Shown: positions 18,178 to 29,698, counted from the first letter of the stretch. The stretch: DNA of 64,000 nucleotides from Candidatus Doudnabacteria bacterium (GCA_041644975.1 JBAZQX010000003.1:7530-71529), one strand, 5' to 3'. The notes: generated by a model not told the origin, from the letters alone. Numbers and translations: made by a program.

Positions 18178-18740
18178 CCACAATTCGCATGTTTACCCCG
18201 TTTAGAGAACGAAATTCTCTAACGGGGTTTAACCAGCCATCCTTCACCTCTCCTTCGTATGAAGCTTCAGACGAGCAACACAAGGTCCACTACGCTTCCA
18301 AGGCTCCGCTGAAAGCGAAGGCGGGCAGGGGGAGTGTCACTCCCACCCCCTCCACCTCCCCCTCGGGCAGGGGGAGTGAAAATCACCCTCCCCTTGACGC
18401 GCGGGAGGGTGGGGAGGGGTCTAACATCACCTGACAAAAATTTAATTTAAATTGACAAATTCCTCAAAAAGCAGCAAGATAAAACTACCTAGCCCAAGGG
18501 TAAATCCAGCCCGGCTAAAAGAACAAACAACAACTCTTCGAGTCTGAAAATCTGAACGAACTATTTTCATAAACAAGCTGTCGCTTGTTCTTTTAAAACT
18601 TTATTTCGGATTTCGGCTGTGATGCCAAAATCTTAGATGGCTAATGGGTTGTATAAGCTAAGCCCAAACAAAGGAGAAAGACGGGTATTGGCAAGGTTTT
18701 TTTATTGTTGTTTGAATAGAATGAAGAGGAGGTAGAAAAA

Positions 18741-19802
18741 ATGGCTAGAGTAATGAACATAGCCGTCATAACAGCTATCATCATAATAACTCTTATAACT
18801 TGTGACGAAGAGACTGCTGCGGTCTGGAAATTAGAACTGGTCGGACAAATATCCCTTAAACCAGACAGAGAGAACCCCAACGATAAACTATGCGCAGTTC
18901 ATGTTTCTGGACAGTACGCTTATGCAGCTGATGTAAATGGGGGGCTTTATGTGGTAGATATATCTGATCCGCAAAATCCACGTCAGGTAGGGTATTGCGA
19001 CAGAGACCGCACGTTCTTGCATCCCCATCTAACTAGCCGTTCTATAGAAGAACGAATGTTCGCAAGAGGCGGAGTCCAAGTGAAGGGCAACTATGCCTAT
19101 ATGGTTGACGATGGTTTCGGCGGCCTCCGAGTGATAGATATATCCGACCCTTCCAAGCCGCGGGAAGTAGGATGTAGTGAGCGCCACATCCAAGCGCGAG
19201 AAATTTACGTGCGAGAAAATTACGCTTATGTGACTTTTAATGGACTTCGTGTGTACGATATATCTAACCCCGTCAGACCCCGCGAGGTAGGAATCTGCGA
19301 AATTCCGTCTTGGACAACAGGAATCACTGTAAAAGACAAATATGCATATATAACTAATGGTCGGCCTGAAGGCGGCCTCTGGATTATAGACACATCTGAC
19401 CCCAAAAAGCCACGTCAGGTAGGATATTGCCATACATCTGGCAACGCATATGGAGTTGATGTAGTTGATAATTCCGCTTATGTGATTTGTACAGGAGGTC
19501 TTGATGTTATAGACATATCTGACCCTAATACCCCCCATAAAGCAGGGAATTTTCCGTACACTATGTCATATGCAAGAGGACTCTTTATTGAATCAAATTA
19601 TGCTTATGCAGCTTATGGATTTGGGGGAGGGGGAGGTATTGTGATTATAGACGTGTCTAACCCTATCAAGCCAAAAGAAGTAGGACGGACCAACGTTACT
19701 GGCCCAGCCCAAAGAATCTATGTAGCCGGTAGCTATGCCTATGTGGTGAGCAACGTTAGCGATTTGTGCATTATCAAAGTCAAACCGGATGCGCATGATT
19801 AA
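18741..19802 (+). CDS. LVIVD-repeat beta-propeller protein, membrane-anchored or secreted
   Basis: Repeated YAY..D..GGL.V.DISDP..P..VG units: YAYAADVNGGLYVVDISDPQNPRQVG, YAYMVDDGFGGLRVIDISDPSKPREVG, and others. Confidence 0.8.
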   Translation: MARVMNIAVITAIIIITLITCDEETAAVWKLELVGQISLKPDRENPNDKLCAVHVSGQYAYAADVNGGLYVVDISDPQNPRQVGYCDRDRTFLHPHLTSRSIEERMFARGGVQVKGNYAYMVDDGFGGLRVIDISDPSKPREVGCSERHIQAREIYVRENYAYVTFNGLRVYDISNPVRPREVGICEIPSWTTGITVKDKYAYITNGRPEGGLWIIDTSDPKKPRQVGYCHTSGNAYGVDVVDNSAYVICTGGLDVIDISDPNTPHKAGNFPYTMSYARGLFIESNYAYAAYGFGGGGGIVIIDVSNPIKPKEVGRTNVTGPAQRIYVAGSYAYVVSNVSDLCIIKVKPDAHD

Positions 19803-19933
19803 GGGTTAATATGAAAAACCCTCAAAGAATTGGGTGAATGAATTTATATGAAAGCGTTTTTTTGTTAATTCAACATATATATGTTTGATTTTTTGCGAAA
19901 TGGTTCCATGGTTTAAGAACTCACAATACAAAA

Positions 19934-19968
19934 TGGCTCTTGAGCATTCAAGAGCCTTTATTTTTTTA
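19934..19968 (+). terminator. Intrinsic terminator (ggctcttgagcattcaagagcc + T-tract)
   Basis: 9-bp stem followed by tttattttttt. Confidence 0.55.
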
Positions 19969-20259
19969 AATACATACCCGGTAGAGCAACTTTGAATGGG
20001 TTTCAGAACAACCTCGCAGTTATACTGAATAAACAAAGCTGCTGCTGATTAACTTGCTTACTCGCTTAAAACAACGCGAAACCCAAAGGGTTGTTTTCAA
20101 AGTTGTCATACCGGGCATACCCACCCGGCACTTGCTCTGTTAGCCCCGCTTAGAGATTTATCTCTAACGGGGTTAGATATTTTCCCTTGTTGGTTCAGAT
20201 CTCATTACCTTCGCTAAAGCTGCAAGGGGCAGGCTGACTTGAACTAACAAGATAAAGAC

Positions 20260-20410
20260 CCCCTCTTTTCTCCCCCCTTCCGCCTTGGGCGGAAGGGGGG
20301 AGTGAATTTCACCTCCCCTTGACCTGCGGGAGGCGAGGAAGTACAAATTTCCCCCCTGATAAAGGGGGTAGGGGGGGTTCCACAGTGAAAAGCCGTACAT
20401 TGCCTAATTC
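20260..20410. repeat. GC-rich palindromic repeat cluster; its 3' part is near-identical to 6098-6165
   Basis: caaatttcccccctgataaagggggtagggggggttccacagtgaaaagccgtacattgc, versus the copy near 6100. Confidence 0.7.
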
Positions 20411-20435
20411 AAAGTGATATAAAAAAGCGCCTATT

Positions 20436-20798
20436 TTATGAAAATAAGGCGCGGATTGAGGAAAAATTGACTCTTATAGTCCCCACGATGTAATAGATTG
20501 AATAGGCAATGATAACCACTACATAGCAGGTATTGATAATCTTGGGTCTTGCCCAAGATCTTTTAAGAGCCAATTCCGCAATAAACACAGGAATGAACAG
20601 AAAAACAAACATCTTAACGGCTATAAAGAGGACAACTCCTCCTTGAGCCAAAGACCATTTCAGGATTGGGTTTGTCTCCTCGCAAACCCCCGTGATGATG
20701 CCAATTAAGGTGATAAGAAGATCCACCAAACCAATAAGAAGCACAATCTGACCATATTTACTGATTTTCATCTTTAGGAACTGCCTCACTTTCTTCAA
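20436..20798 (-). CDS. Small polytopic membrane protein (hypothetical)
   Basis: Three predicted TM helices. The likely start is the internal MKISKYG. Confidence 0.5.
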   Translation of the reverse strand: MKKVRQFLKMKISKYGQIVLLIGLVDLLITLIGIITGVCEETNPILKWSLAQGGVVLFIAVKMFVFLFIPVFIAELALKRSWARPKIINTCYVVVIIAYSIYYIVGTIRVNFSSIRALFS

Positions 20799-21183
20799 AT
20801 AATGCCCTATATGAACTAAAAACTTGTAATGTCAAACTATTCCTTTTTGAATATGAGACTATCATACCATTTTTTTACCTATTTGTCAAGAAAAACTAGA
20901 GTAGCCCCTTCGCCTCACAATCTCTAAATAAACCCCATTAGAGAACCTCATTCTCCAACCCCGTTTAGAAATTTATTAACGGGATGAACTTTCTCTAACG
21001 GGGTAAAAAAAGGCCCCATTTTCTTGCGTGCTAGTATTAAGTATAGGAGGCTACTATGACAAAACAAGATATGGGGCAAGAAACCTCTGATAAGAAAACA
21101 CCGCTTCCGTGATCACCGAAAATAAAGCGGCTCTCATCCAAGGTTTCTGTATATATTCACTATATTACCCTTAAAAAATTATG

Positions 21184-21271
21184 TCAACCCTTCACCTTTA
21201 GGTTTCACCTATAGCTATAGATGAATCCTTTATGAAAGGTGAAGACCTTAGCAAAAGGTGAAGGGTCAACC
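21184..21271. repeat. Right inverted copy of the 88-bp repeat at 15141-15229
   Basis: Reverse complement matches 15141-15229. Confidence 0.7.
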
Positions 21272-21289
21272 CCGTTAGAAGTAAGCCGC

Positions 21290-21640
21290 CCCGAAGCGGC
21301 TGACGCCGTGCCAAGGCAGGGCGGACTTCTAACGGGGTGATAGTTCTGTAGAATCTCATGGGTTTTAAGAGGGGTCTAAAATTCTCCCCTGACAAGGGGA
21401 GATTAAAGAGGGGTTTTTAACAATCAACCCCCCGAACCCCCCTTGTCAGGGGGGTAGTAAAACTTGTTGGCTCCATAGTCCAAGACGCAGGCCAGCGCCA
21501 AAACCCTTGGTTTGCCTCGCCTACCGGGAGGCAGGCATTCTGGCCTGCCCGCCATCGCTTCGCTTCAGGCGAGGCGGGCGGGCTCCATAGGGCTCGCGCC
21601 ACTATGGAGCCAACGGGCTTTCTCTAACGGGGTAAATACC
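21290..21640. repeat. Composite GC-rich repeat region: ccccgttaga...tctaacgggg hairpins, the ttggctccatagt...ggagccaa element, and the cgcttcaggcgaggcgggcgg element
   Basis: The hairpin family ccccgttagagaa/ttctctaacgggg recurs at 18198-18235, 20138-20178, 20935-21010, 24785-24855, 35440-35505 and 58415-58485. The ttggctccatag element also occurs at 31868-31905 and 54560-54690. Confidence 0.65.
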
Positions 21641-21668
21641 TTTTGACCATAACAATGAAGCAATGATT

Positions 21669-23196
21669 CTAGCTTTCATGCTGCCGATATTGCAGGGCTT
21701 CGGCAATATATTCGCTTTTAATCTGTTCCGCGGCTTCTAAATCCGCGATAGTCCGCGCCAGCCGCAAGATGCGGTAATAGGAACGGGCAGAGAGATGAAA
21801 ACTCTCCACCGCGTTCTTTAAAAGCGCGCGGGAAGTGGAATCTGAAACGCAGAACCTGCGAATCTCGGTGTTACCCATTTCGCCATTAGCTATAATTCTC
21901 TTCTTCTGCTGACTATTTTTAAAGCGTTCTTCTTGAATCGTGCGCGCTTTTTGCACCCGCTCCCGCACGAGGGCGGAGCTTTCGGCTAACTCTTCACTCG
22001 CCAATTTTTCATATTTCACGCGCGGCACTTCCAAATGCAGATCAATACGGTCAAGAAGGGGACCCGAGATTCTTTTTTGGTAGCGGATGATTTCACTCGG
22101 CGAACAAACGCAGGGTCGCTCCGGATCGGATAAATAGCCGCAGGGGCAGGGATTCATAGCGGCGACGAGCGTAAATTTGGCGGGAAAAGACATGGAACCT
22201 TGGGCGCGGGAAATCGTGATTACGCCGTCTTCCAGGGGCTGTCTTAAATTTTCCAAGACATTGCGGGAAAACTCCGGAAATTCGTCCAGAAAAAGGACGC
22301 CTCGGTGGGCTAAACTAATTTCTCCGGGCTTGGGATAAGCGCCGCCTCCAACCAGAGAAACCCCCGAAGCGGTATGATGCGGAGCGCGGAAAGGCCGCTC
22401 CAGAATTAATGGTTTATCCTTGGGGAGCAGACCCGAGACAGAATAAATCCGCGTCACTTCTAAAGCTTCAATCAAGGTCATTTTTGGTAAAATGGAGGGA
22501 AAAGAACGAGCAAGCAGGGTTTTGCCGCTCCCGGGCGGTCCGTTCATTAAGATATTATGGCCGCCAGCGGCGGCAATCTCCAAAGCCCTTTTGACATGCT
22601 CTTGACCGTGGACACAGGCTAAATCAACCTCGTAAAGGGTATTGGTTTCCAAATTCTTTAAATTCAAAGGCGCAACAGGCGTAATAAAATTCATTCCCTC
22701 CAAATGGTCTTTCAACCCCAGAAGGTTGGTCACAGGATAAACCTTTAAACCGCGCACGAGCGCCGCTTCTTTCGCGTTTTCCTCGGGCACGAATAATTCC
22801 ATAAAACCCTTGCGCTTCGCCTCAATCGCGATGGATAAAACGCCGTTCACGGGACGCACCTCTCCTTTTAAGGAAAGTTCACCCACAAAGAGCTTTTCTT
22901 TGGTATCAAAACCTAGCTGCCCCGTGGTGGAAAGCAGGCTTAAAGCAATCGGCAGGTCATAGGCAGGGCCTTCTTTTTTTAAATCCGCGGGAGCTAGATT
23001 CACGGTTACCCTTTGCCTGGGGAAGGTAAGACCCGAATTTTTAATCGCGGAAAAGACTCGGTCCCGCGATTCAGAGACCGCCGCGTCCGGCAAGCCCACC
23101 ACTGAAAAACGGAACATTCCTCGAGTAACATCGGATTCCACCTCCACAAGCTCCGAGGATAAACCAATAACAGAACAAGAGTGAATTTTATTGAGC
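21669..23196 (-). CDS. comM: YifB/ComM-family Mg-chelatase-like AAA+ ATPase
   Basis: N-terminal MLNKIHSCSVIGLSSELVEVESDV...(subunit ChlI-like), Walker A (GPPGSGKT), and a C-terminal Mg chelatase domain. Confidence 0.85.
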
Positions 23197-23282
23197 ATAA
23201 AAATTAAATCAAAATGCAAAGTGCCCGCCCGTAACACTATTAGCTTGTGAGCGGGCGCGGCAGGGTTTCATTAAAAAATTAT

Positions 23283-23450
23283 TCTAATTAACCGTGTCGC
23301 GCTTTGGAGGTCAGACGAAAGTCTGACACAGAAACTGGAGGTCCGCCTAAGGCGGACAATTGCTCGTGTCGCGCTTTCGCACGACCTCCTTGTGTTAAGC
23401 TTTCGCCCTTCCAGGACCTTCGGCTTGACCTCCAAATCAGGAATAATTAG
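23283..23450. repeat. Structured GC-rich element flanked by AT-rich inverted repeats (aattattctaatt / aattagaataatt); related in reverse orientation to the 590-720 element
   Basis: Long-range complementarity (ctttggaggtc ... gacctccaaa) and a ggtccgcctaaggcggac hairpin. It shares aggcggacaat..ctcgtgtc with the 620-650 element. Confidence 0.55.
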
Positions 23451-23553
23451 AATAATTTTAGAAGCGAAGGGATAAAGTATACCGCGGTGAATACTATGGC
23501 ATGGATTCCCCGCCTTGAGTTTTACTTGAGAAAATTTTGGCGGGTTCCCAAAA

Positions 23554-24036
23554 TTATTTTTCATTATGTTGCTTCCGCATTGCCTTTACCAACAAAATCA
23601 CCACTCCTGCCACAATCATTATATCCGCGACATTAAACACCGGCCAAAAAGCCAAGTTTAAATAGTCTATCACATAACCAAAACGGAGGCGGTCAAGCGC
23701 GTTAGAGAACGCGCCTGCTCCCAGCAGCACTAAACCGCAAAGAGAGGAAAAATCTTTTCTTTGCAAAAATTTCCGTCCCCAGTAATATAAAAACACGCAA
23801 AGCAATGCCGCGATTGAATAAAAAAACACGGCGGGACCCGCGCCATCGCTGGACAGAGCGGGCAGGGGAATCCCAAAAGCGATGCCATAATTGCGGTAAA
23901 ATTCCAAGGAAAAAAAATGACCTAAAATAAAAAAATTGGGTCCGCCAGCGAGGACATAGCCAGCCCAATTTTTTAAAATTTGGTCTAAGATGAATAACCC
24001 CCCCGCCAATGCGAAGCACCACTTAAGTTTGCGCAT
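23554..24036 (-). CDS. lspA: Lipoprotein signal peptidase (signal peptidase II)
   Basis: Four TM helices and the FNVAD motif (NLAFWPVFNVADIMIVAGVVIL). Confidence 0.85.
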   Translation of the reverse strand: MRKLKWCFALAGGLFILDQILKNWAGYVLAGGPNFFILGHFFSLEFYRNYGIAFGIPLPALSSDGAGPAVFFYSIAALLCVFLYYWGRKFLQRKDFSSLCGLVLLGAGAFSNALDRLRFGYVIDYLNLAFWPVFNVADIMIVAGVVILLVKAMRKQHNEK

Positions 24037-24137
24037 AAAAAATATAGCAATGAGTAAAACGTAATAGATAACAGACAATTTATCGGCCTGCAGCTGATTA
24101 TTCCCTTGCTACTTATTACTTCATTACACATCAGATG

Positions 24138-24599
24138 TCATTTCTTCTGCGCGCATTCCAAGCAGACTGGCGCCCTCGGAAAAGCCTCCAACCTCTTCGG
24201 ATTGATCGGCTGCGCGCATTTTTCGCAGATGCCATAAGTGCCTGCCTTCATTTTGGCTAAGGCATTGTTAATCTTAAGCAGGTCCACCTCTAGGGTGCTA
24301 TGCAGGGCCAACCGATCATAGTACTCAGTTACCTCCATCGCGTTTTCATCAGGCTTACTGCCAAAAGAGGGGAATTTAGCATCATAATCGCCCTCTACCT
24401 TTTTATCTTTGACCGCGATTGCCTTCAATTCCTTCTCAAGCTCTTTTTTGTCTTGCTCTAATTTCTTCCTTAACTCCTTGAGCGCCTTTCCTTCTAATCC
24501 CGCGTTTTTAGGCTTCTTGTCTTTACTGCCTAAGATATTAGGAAATTTTGGTTTGGGAATTTTAGCAAAATTTAGTTTGGGGATCTTGGGGAACTTCAT
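24138..24599 (-). CDS. DksA/TraR-family C4-type zinc-finger protein
   Basis: C-terminal C-x2-C-x17-C-x2-C (CEKCAQPINPKRLEAFPRAPVCLECAQ). Confidence 0.7.
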   Translation of the reverse strand: MKFPKIPKLNFAKIPKPKFPNILGSKDKKPKNAGLEGKALKELRKKLEQDKKELEKELKAIAVKDKKVEGDYDAKFPSFGSKPDENAMEVTEYYDRLALHSTLEVDLLKINNALAKMKAGTYGICEKCAQPINPKRLEAFPRAPVCLECAQKK

Positions 24600-25623
24600 A
24601 AAATTGATATTTTGATTTTATATCGCTTCCGCAACCTTTATTTCAGTTTATAATACCCCAAGATAAATGGCAAGGATTATTACATTTTGTCATTTAAGGT
24701 AGGGGACCATACCCCTTTAGCCATTTGGAGCCCATAGGAGAGCCACTCGCCTTTTTAAAAAGGTGGGGGGCAATTAAAAAATTAAATCCCGTTAGCTTTA
24801 AGCGGTCCCGTTACAAATAAATTTGTAACGGGATGAACTTTCTCTAACGGGGTAAACAAAAAACAGCCTTACCCAAATTAAGCCTGTCTTCTTTTAAAGA
24901 GAAACAGGGGCAAGATAGCCCGCGATAATAAATTATTTATGGGGGCATCTGCCCCTGTGTTAGATTGGAATACTCCAACCTCGACCCCAAAATACCAAAA
25001 GGTAAATGAGGTCGATTGGAATTCCAGTCTTTTTTTTGGCTGCGTTGGTCAGACGCTGGCCGTCTTCTACTACTGACCTCCCTTGCGGGAGATTCTTTTC
25101 CGCTTTTAAGTACAAAGAGCTATTTTTTGGACTGCGCCCTAGAGCACAGTCCATTTTGTAGTTTTTGTTTTTGTTTTTGCTATTGACCTAAAATAGCGAA
25201 TTTAAGAGTAGCAGAAGAAAAACCCAATCACAAATAGGGGGAACTTGTGATTGGAGTTCTCTCCACTACTCTATAAACAAAACAGAAAATTGATTGTCTG
25301 TGTTTATAAATGTACCCTCTTTTTATTCAATTTTTCTATATTCAGTATAGCATAGAAAAAATCCTATGTCAATCCGTGGTGGATAACTAAAAAACCTAAT
25401 TAAAGCCTGTTTTTATGATAATAAGTTGTTTCAGCTTAAAATAAACAAAACAATCAATGCTTTTCCCTTTTCCCTTCCTCCTTTTCCCTTTTAAACGGTG
25501 GATAAGCTGTGGACAAAATAAATTTAAAATTAAAAGTTAAAAGTTAAAAATTATCATCGCTTTGCGAGATCTCGCAAAGCGAGACAATTCAGAATTTTTC
25601 ATTTTTAATTTTTCATTTTAAAT

Positions 25624-27180
25624 TTATTTTATCTCCCCCCAAATCTTTACCAAAATCCCATCCTGTACGTTGCGACTTAAGCCTTGCAATTTTTTGAAGC
25701 CGGGAAGAACATTCGCTTGGCCTACCTCGGTTAGCTTTTCCAAATCAAGATAAAACCATTCATCAGCGCCGGAGAAGGATTTCTGCCAAGAATTCTCTTG
25801 GGGCTCGCGAAAAGAAAAAATCACTTTTTGAAAGATCTCCTCGGAGTCGCTGACAATGAGCCTATCGGCTAAATAACCATAAAACAAACTGCGCTTGGGG
25901 TTTAAAGTAATTATATCGGTTTGAATTCCCGCCACTTCTTTTTGTTCGGGAAGCGCTTCGTTTGGAAGAACGTATTCCGTAACCGCGCTGCCATCCGGCA
26001 ATATTACTTCTTCTTCTTGAGGTTGGTTGGCAACAGCGAGGCTTTTTAAAATTGCCGTCAACCGCTCCAGCGCCGTTTCATCTTCCGCGCTTTTAGACAC
26101 AATCAAAGCAGTGGTTAGGGTCTTGTCTATTCCGCGATCAACAATAAGTTCAAGATCTCCTAGGGCGAGGGACTTCAGCTCCGCCATCTTGTTGGTTGCC
26201 TCGAGGTTTTTCCGAATGAACCCATCGGAATCCAGAAAAGACCAGAAAAAATTCTGAAAGGGAGTATTCCCCAAGCCAAACCGGGCATCATCCGCGGGGA
26301 AACGCGCTACCAGCAGAGGGTCGGGAGGAATAAACCTCAACCAGGAAGCTTCGGATTTATTAAAAACCATTTTGTCTTGAGGTGGATAGTACGCCTCCAA
26401 TTCCAGACTATTTCCGTTTACCTTGGCAAGCCCCACTCCGGAAGGTAACGCGCTGCCTAGATTTAGATAAACAAACAAAGGAGAAGGGGAGCGAAAATGG
26501 GCCTGCGCTTTTTGAAAATTGGCATTGTTCTCTAATGCGTTGGAGGGGCTAACTTTAAGATCCACAATTGTTTTTAAGTCTTGCTCGCTTTGCGAAAAAA
26601 ACAGATAACGATCCAGAAGCATATAATAAAAATTTCCTTCTTCTGAAATTACCCGCCCAAGCGAAACCCCTTGGTAAGGAACATCGGCGCTTAAAAATTT
26701 CTCCCTCAAAATATTGGAGATTATTGCTCTGTTTTTAATTTCTAAAACTAAAAGCTGGTGTTCTGCCCCGTTATCGGCAAATTGAACCCAAGCCAGCATC
26801 TTGCCTTCGCGCAGCAAGGTATCGTCTAGTTTAGCAGAAAAGGTTCCCAAGATGCTTTGAATTTTCGCCGCGCTTGCGGGCAGACCTGCCTTTTCCGCAA
26901 ACCGATCGTAAAATTCAAACAACTGGGCAGTCTTACCATTATTCTCGCGGTCAATGTTTAACTGAACTAAAATTTTTGTATCGCGCGGCAACAGATGGGC
27001 AAGGTTATTCTGGTCAGAAAAATCCTCCAGATACTGCCGCGAGCTGAAACCCAGAATAGCGACCAAAAAAATAAGGACGAGAATCGTCCCTAAAACAAAA
27101 AAGTGGGTTTTATCCCTCATTTTTCCTCGTGTTTTAACCTCTTGTTTTGGCTTTAAGAGATTAACCGCTGGATTCTGCAT
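25624..27180 (-). CDS. Membrane-anchored hypothetical protein (518 aa)
   Basis: Long ORF with one N-terminal TM helix (FFVLGTILVLIFLVAILGF). No recognisable domain. Confidence 0.55.
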   Translation of the reverse strand: MQNPAVNLLKPKQEVKTRGKMRDKTHFFVLGTILVLIFLVAILGFSSRQYLEDFSDQNNLAHLLPRDTKILVQLNIDRENNGKTAQLFEFYDRFAEKAGLPASAAKIQSILGTFSAKLDDTLLREGKMLAWVQFADNGAEHQLLVLEIKNRAIISNILREKFLSADVPYQGVSLGRVISEEGNFYYMLLDRYLFFSQSEQDLKTIVDLKVSPSNALENNANFQKAQAHFRSPSPLFVYLNLGSALPSGVGLAKVNGNSLELEAYYPPQDKMVFNKSEASWLRFIPPDPLLVARFPADDARFGLGNTPFQNFFWSFLDSDGFIRKNLEATNKMAELKSLALGDLELIVDRGIDKTLTTALIVSKSAEDETALERLTAILKSLAVANQPQEEEVILPDGSAVTEYVLPNEALPEQKEVAGIQTDIITLNPKRSLFYGYLADRLIVSDSEEIFQKVIFSFREPQENSWQKSFSGADEWFYLDLEKLTEVGQANVLPGFKKLQGLSRNVQDGILVKIWGEIK

Positions 27181-27189
27181 AATAAAAAT

Positions 27190-27400
27190 ATCTCATTGCT
27201 CTAATTAGCCTAATGTCTAATTAACCCAGAAAAATTAACCTAATTATTCTAATTGTTCTAATTATTCTAAATAAATCCCAATACCCAATGTCCAATGCCT
27301 AAATTAATTTTGGTTATTCATGATTTGGTCATTGGTCATTTTTTAGGTTAATTAGGTCAATTAGAACAATTAGAATAATTTTGCCACCCTAACGGGTGGT
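27190..27400. repeat. AT-rich intergenic inverted repeat (taattattctaa / ttagaataatt family); relative of 4951-5100
   Basis: aattattctaattgttctaattattctaaataa ... ggtcaattagaacaattagaataatttt. Confidence 0.6.
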
Positions 27401-27523
27401 CAGCCCTGGAGGGTGAAAATCTTGAATGGTTAATTCCCAAGGTGTTATTTTAAGAGAATAACTAGCACAATTCATAACTTATATGGCAAGGACATTCGGA
27501 TTATAATCTCGCGCTTTGCGCTT

Positions 27524-29698
27524 TTATTCCCTGTCAGGTCTCCCAAAGAAGGGGGCGTGTTTAGAAAAACCAGATTGATTATTTTTATTTTCCAATTTCA
27601 ACAGATTTTTACAGGAGAGGTTAATCCGTCCCTTCTCGTCAATCTCAATCACGCGGACTGGAACAATTTGACCCACTTTAAGATACTGGTCTACCCGTTC
27701 CACGCGAAAAGGAGCGATCTCGGAAACATGGATCAGACCTTCCTGACCCGGTAAGACTTCCGCGAAAGCGCCAAAATCCATAATCCGCGTAATCTTGCCC
27801 TGAAAATCCTCGCCCACTTTCACCTCGCGGGTGAGATTCTGAACCCATTCCACCGCTTTTTTGGACATTTCGGGATTTGCCGAAGTTATCATCACGAGCC
27901 CCGAATCTTCAATATCAATATCCACCCCCGTATCTTTAATGATCGCGTTAATCACTTTGCCGCCCGGACCAATCACATCGCGGATTTTATCCGGATTAAT
28001 CTTTAAAGTCACAATCCGCGGCGCGTAAGGCGATAAATCCTTGCGGGGAGAAGAGAGGACTTGATTCATCTTGCTCAAAATCTGCAGACGAGAAACCTTC
28101 GCCCGTTTCAAAATTTCCGGAAAGAGGTCTAAGGGCAATCCCTCTACTTTAACATCAAGCTGGAGCGCGCTAATGCCGTCTTCCGTGCCCGCCACTTTAA
28201 AATCCATATCTCCCGCATGGTCCTCAACGCCTTGAATATCGGACAAAATTTTATAATTGGTTCTGTCTTCAGAAAAGAAAATTCCCATCGAGATTCCCGC
28301 CACGGGCTTCTTTAAAGGCACGCCGGCATCCATCAAAGATAAAGAACTGCCGCACGTCGCCGCCATAGAGGTAGAACCATTAGATGATAAAATCTCGGTT
28401 ACCACGCGGATCGTGTAGGGAAATTCTTCTTGGGAAGCAGGCAGATAAGGCAAAATCGCTTTTTCCGCCAAAGCGCCGTGACCAATCTCCCGCCGCCCCG
28501 GTCCGCGCAGCATACCGACCTCGCCCGAACAATAAGGAGGGAAATTATAATGATGCATATAACGTTTAACGCCGTCTTCCTCCATAGAATCCAAAACCTG
28601 CTCGTCGCCGGGCGCACCCAAAGTGACTACGGAAAGGGCTTGGGTCAAACCCCGTTCAAACAGCGCTGAACCGTGGGTGCGAGCCAAAACTCCCACCGCG
28701 CACTCAATCTTTCTTAACTCATCAATCTTGCGGCCATCCACTCTTTTCCCCTCCTGAAGCAAGGCTTGACGCGCGGCGTCAACCAATAATTCTTCAAAAT
28801 AAACCTTGACCATACCCTTGCCTGTCTCGTCCAATTCGCCTAAATAACCTAAAAGGGAGTCAAAAAGTTTTTTCACGGCATCGCTGCGCTCCGGCTTTTC
28901 CGGCACAAAAAGCACAGCCGCGAGTTTATCCTGCAAAAATTCCTGAATTTTGTTCTTTACTTCACCGGAGAGCTCTACTTGCGCGTAAATCATCTCCTGG
29001 GGCGCGATTTCACCGCATTTATCTTTAAACTCTTGAATTAAACGCAAACACAGTTTGACCTCCTCGTGCGCTCTACCGACATAGCTCACGATTTTTTCTT
29101 CCGGAATATCCGGTCCGCTCGCTTCAATCATATTCACCATGTTCTCCGTGCCCGCGACCAATAAATCCACGGGGGATTTGTCTAAAACCGCCTTGCCGGG
29201 ATTCACCACCAAGTCACCCTCCACCTCCCCAATGTGGCAAGCGCCAATGGGGCCATAGACAGTGGGGATGCCGGAAGTGGTAAGAGCGGCGGAAGCCGCG
29301 ATCAAGGCTGTAATATGGGGATCCACTTCTGGATCCAAGGAGAGCACCATCACTATAATTTGAATATCATTGCGAATTTTGGGATCAAAAAGAGGACGCA
29401 GGGTGCGATCAATAAGGCGCGAAACCAGAATCGCCTCATCGGTCGGTCGGCCTTCTCTTTTTATAAAGCGGGAGCCTTTAATCTTGCCCGCCGCATACAA
29501 TTTTTCTTCATAGTCCACAATGAGAGGCAGATAATCCACCCCTTCGCGGACTGCTTCGCCACGGGTGACAGCGGCTAAAACCACTGTGTCACCATACTGG
29601 ACTCTCACCGCGGAGGTAGCCTGGAGGGCTAAATGTCCTTTTTCAAAGACAATCTTCTTTCCCCCCAAAACCCCTTCGTGTTTCATTACTTTACGCAT
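27524..29698 (-). CDS. pnp: Polyribonucleotide nucleotidyltransferase (PNPase)
   Basis: Two RNase PH domains with KH and S1 at the C-terminus. The start is assigned to MRKVMKHEG. Confidence 0.9.
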   Translation of the reverse strand: MRKVMKHEGVLGGKKIVFEKGHLALQATSAVRVQYGDTVVLAAVTRGEAVREGVDYLPLIVDYEEKLYAAGKIKGSRFIKREGRPTDEAILVSRLIDRTLRPLFDPKIRNDIQIIVMVLSLDPEVDPHITALIAASAALTTSGIPTVYGPIGACHIGEVEGDLVVNPGKAVLDKSPVDLLVAGTENMVNMIEASGPDIPEEKIVSYVGRAHEEVKLCLRLIQEFKDKCGEIAPQEMIYAQVELSGEVKNKIQEFLQDKLAAVLFVPEKPERSDAVKKLFDSLLGYLGELDETGKGMVKVYFEELLVDAARQALLQEGKRVDGRKIDELRKIECAVGVLARTHGSALFERGLTQALSVVTLGAPGDEQVLDSMEEDGVKRYMHHYNFPPYCSGEVGMLRGPGRREIGHGALAEKAILPYLPASQEEFPYTIRVVTEILSSNGSTSMAATCGSSLSLMDAGVPLKKPVAGISMGIFFSEDRTNYKILSDIQGVEDHAGDMDFKVAGTEDGISALQLDVKVEGLPLDLFPEILKRAKVSRLQILSKMNQVLSSPRKDLSPYAPRIVTLKINPDKIRDVIGPGGKVINAIIKDTGVDIDIEDSGLVMITSANPEMSKKAVEWVQNLTREVKVGEDFQGKITRIMDFGAFAEVLPGQEGLIHVSEIAPFRVERVDQYLKVGQIVPVRVIEIDEKGRINLSCKNLLKLENKNNQSGFSKHAPFFGRPDRE

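Noticed and set aside
24600-25620. About 1 kb of non-coding DNA, inspected for tmRNA, SRP RNA or RNase P RNA
   Set aside because: Only dispersed hairpin repeats (ccccgttaga family; cgctttgcgagatctcgcaaagcg) are evident. No conserved core motifs were found by eye (no GGUUCGAUUCC...CCA tRNA-like end, no AGGUCCGGAAGGAAGCAGC, no RNase P P4). A covariance-model scan would be needed to be sure.
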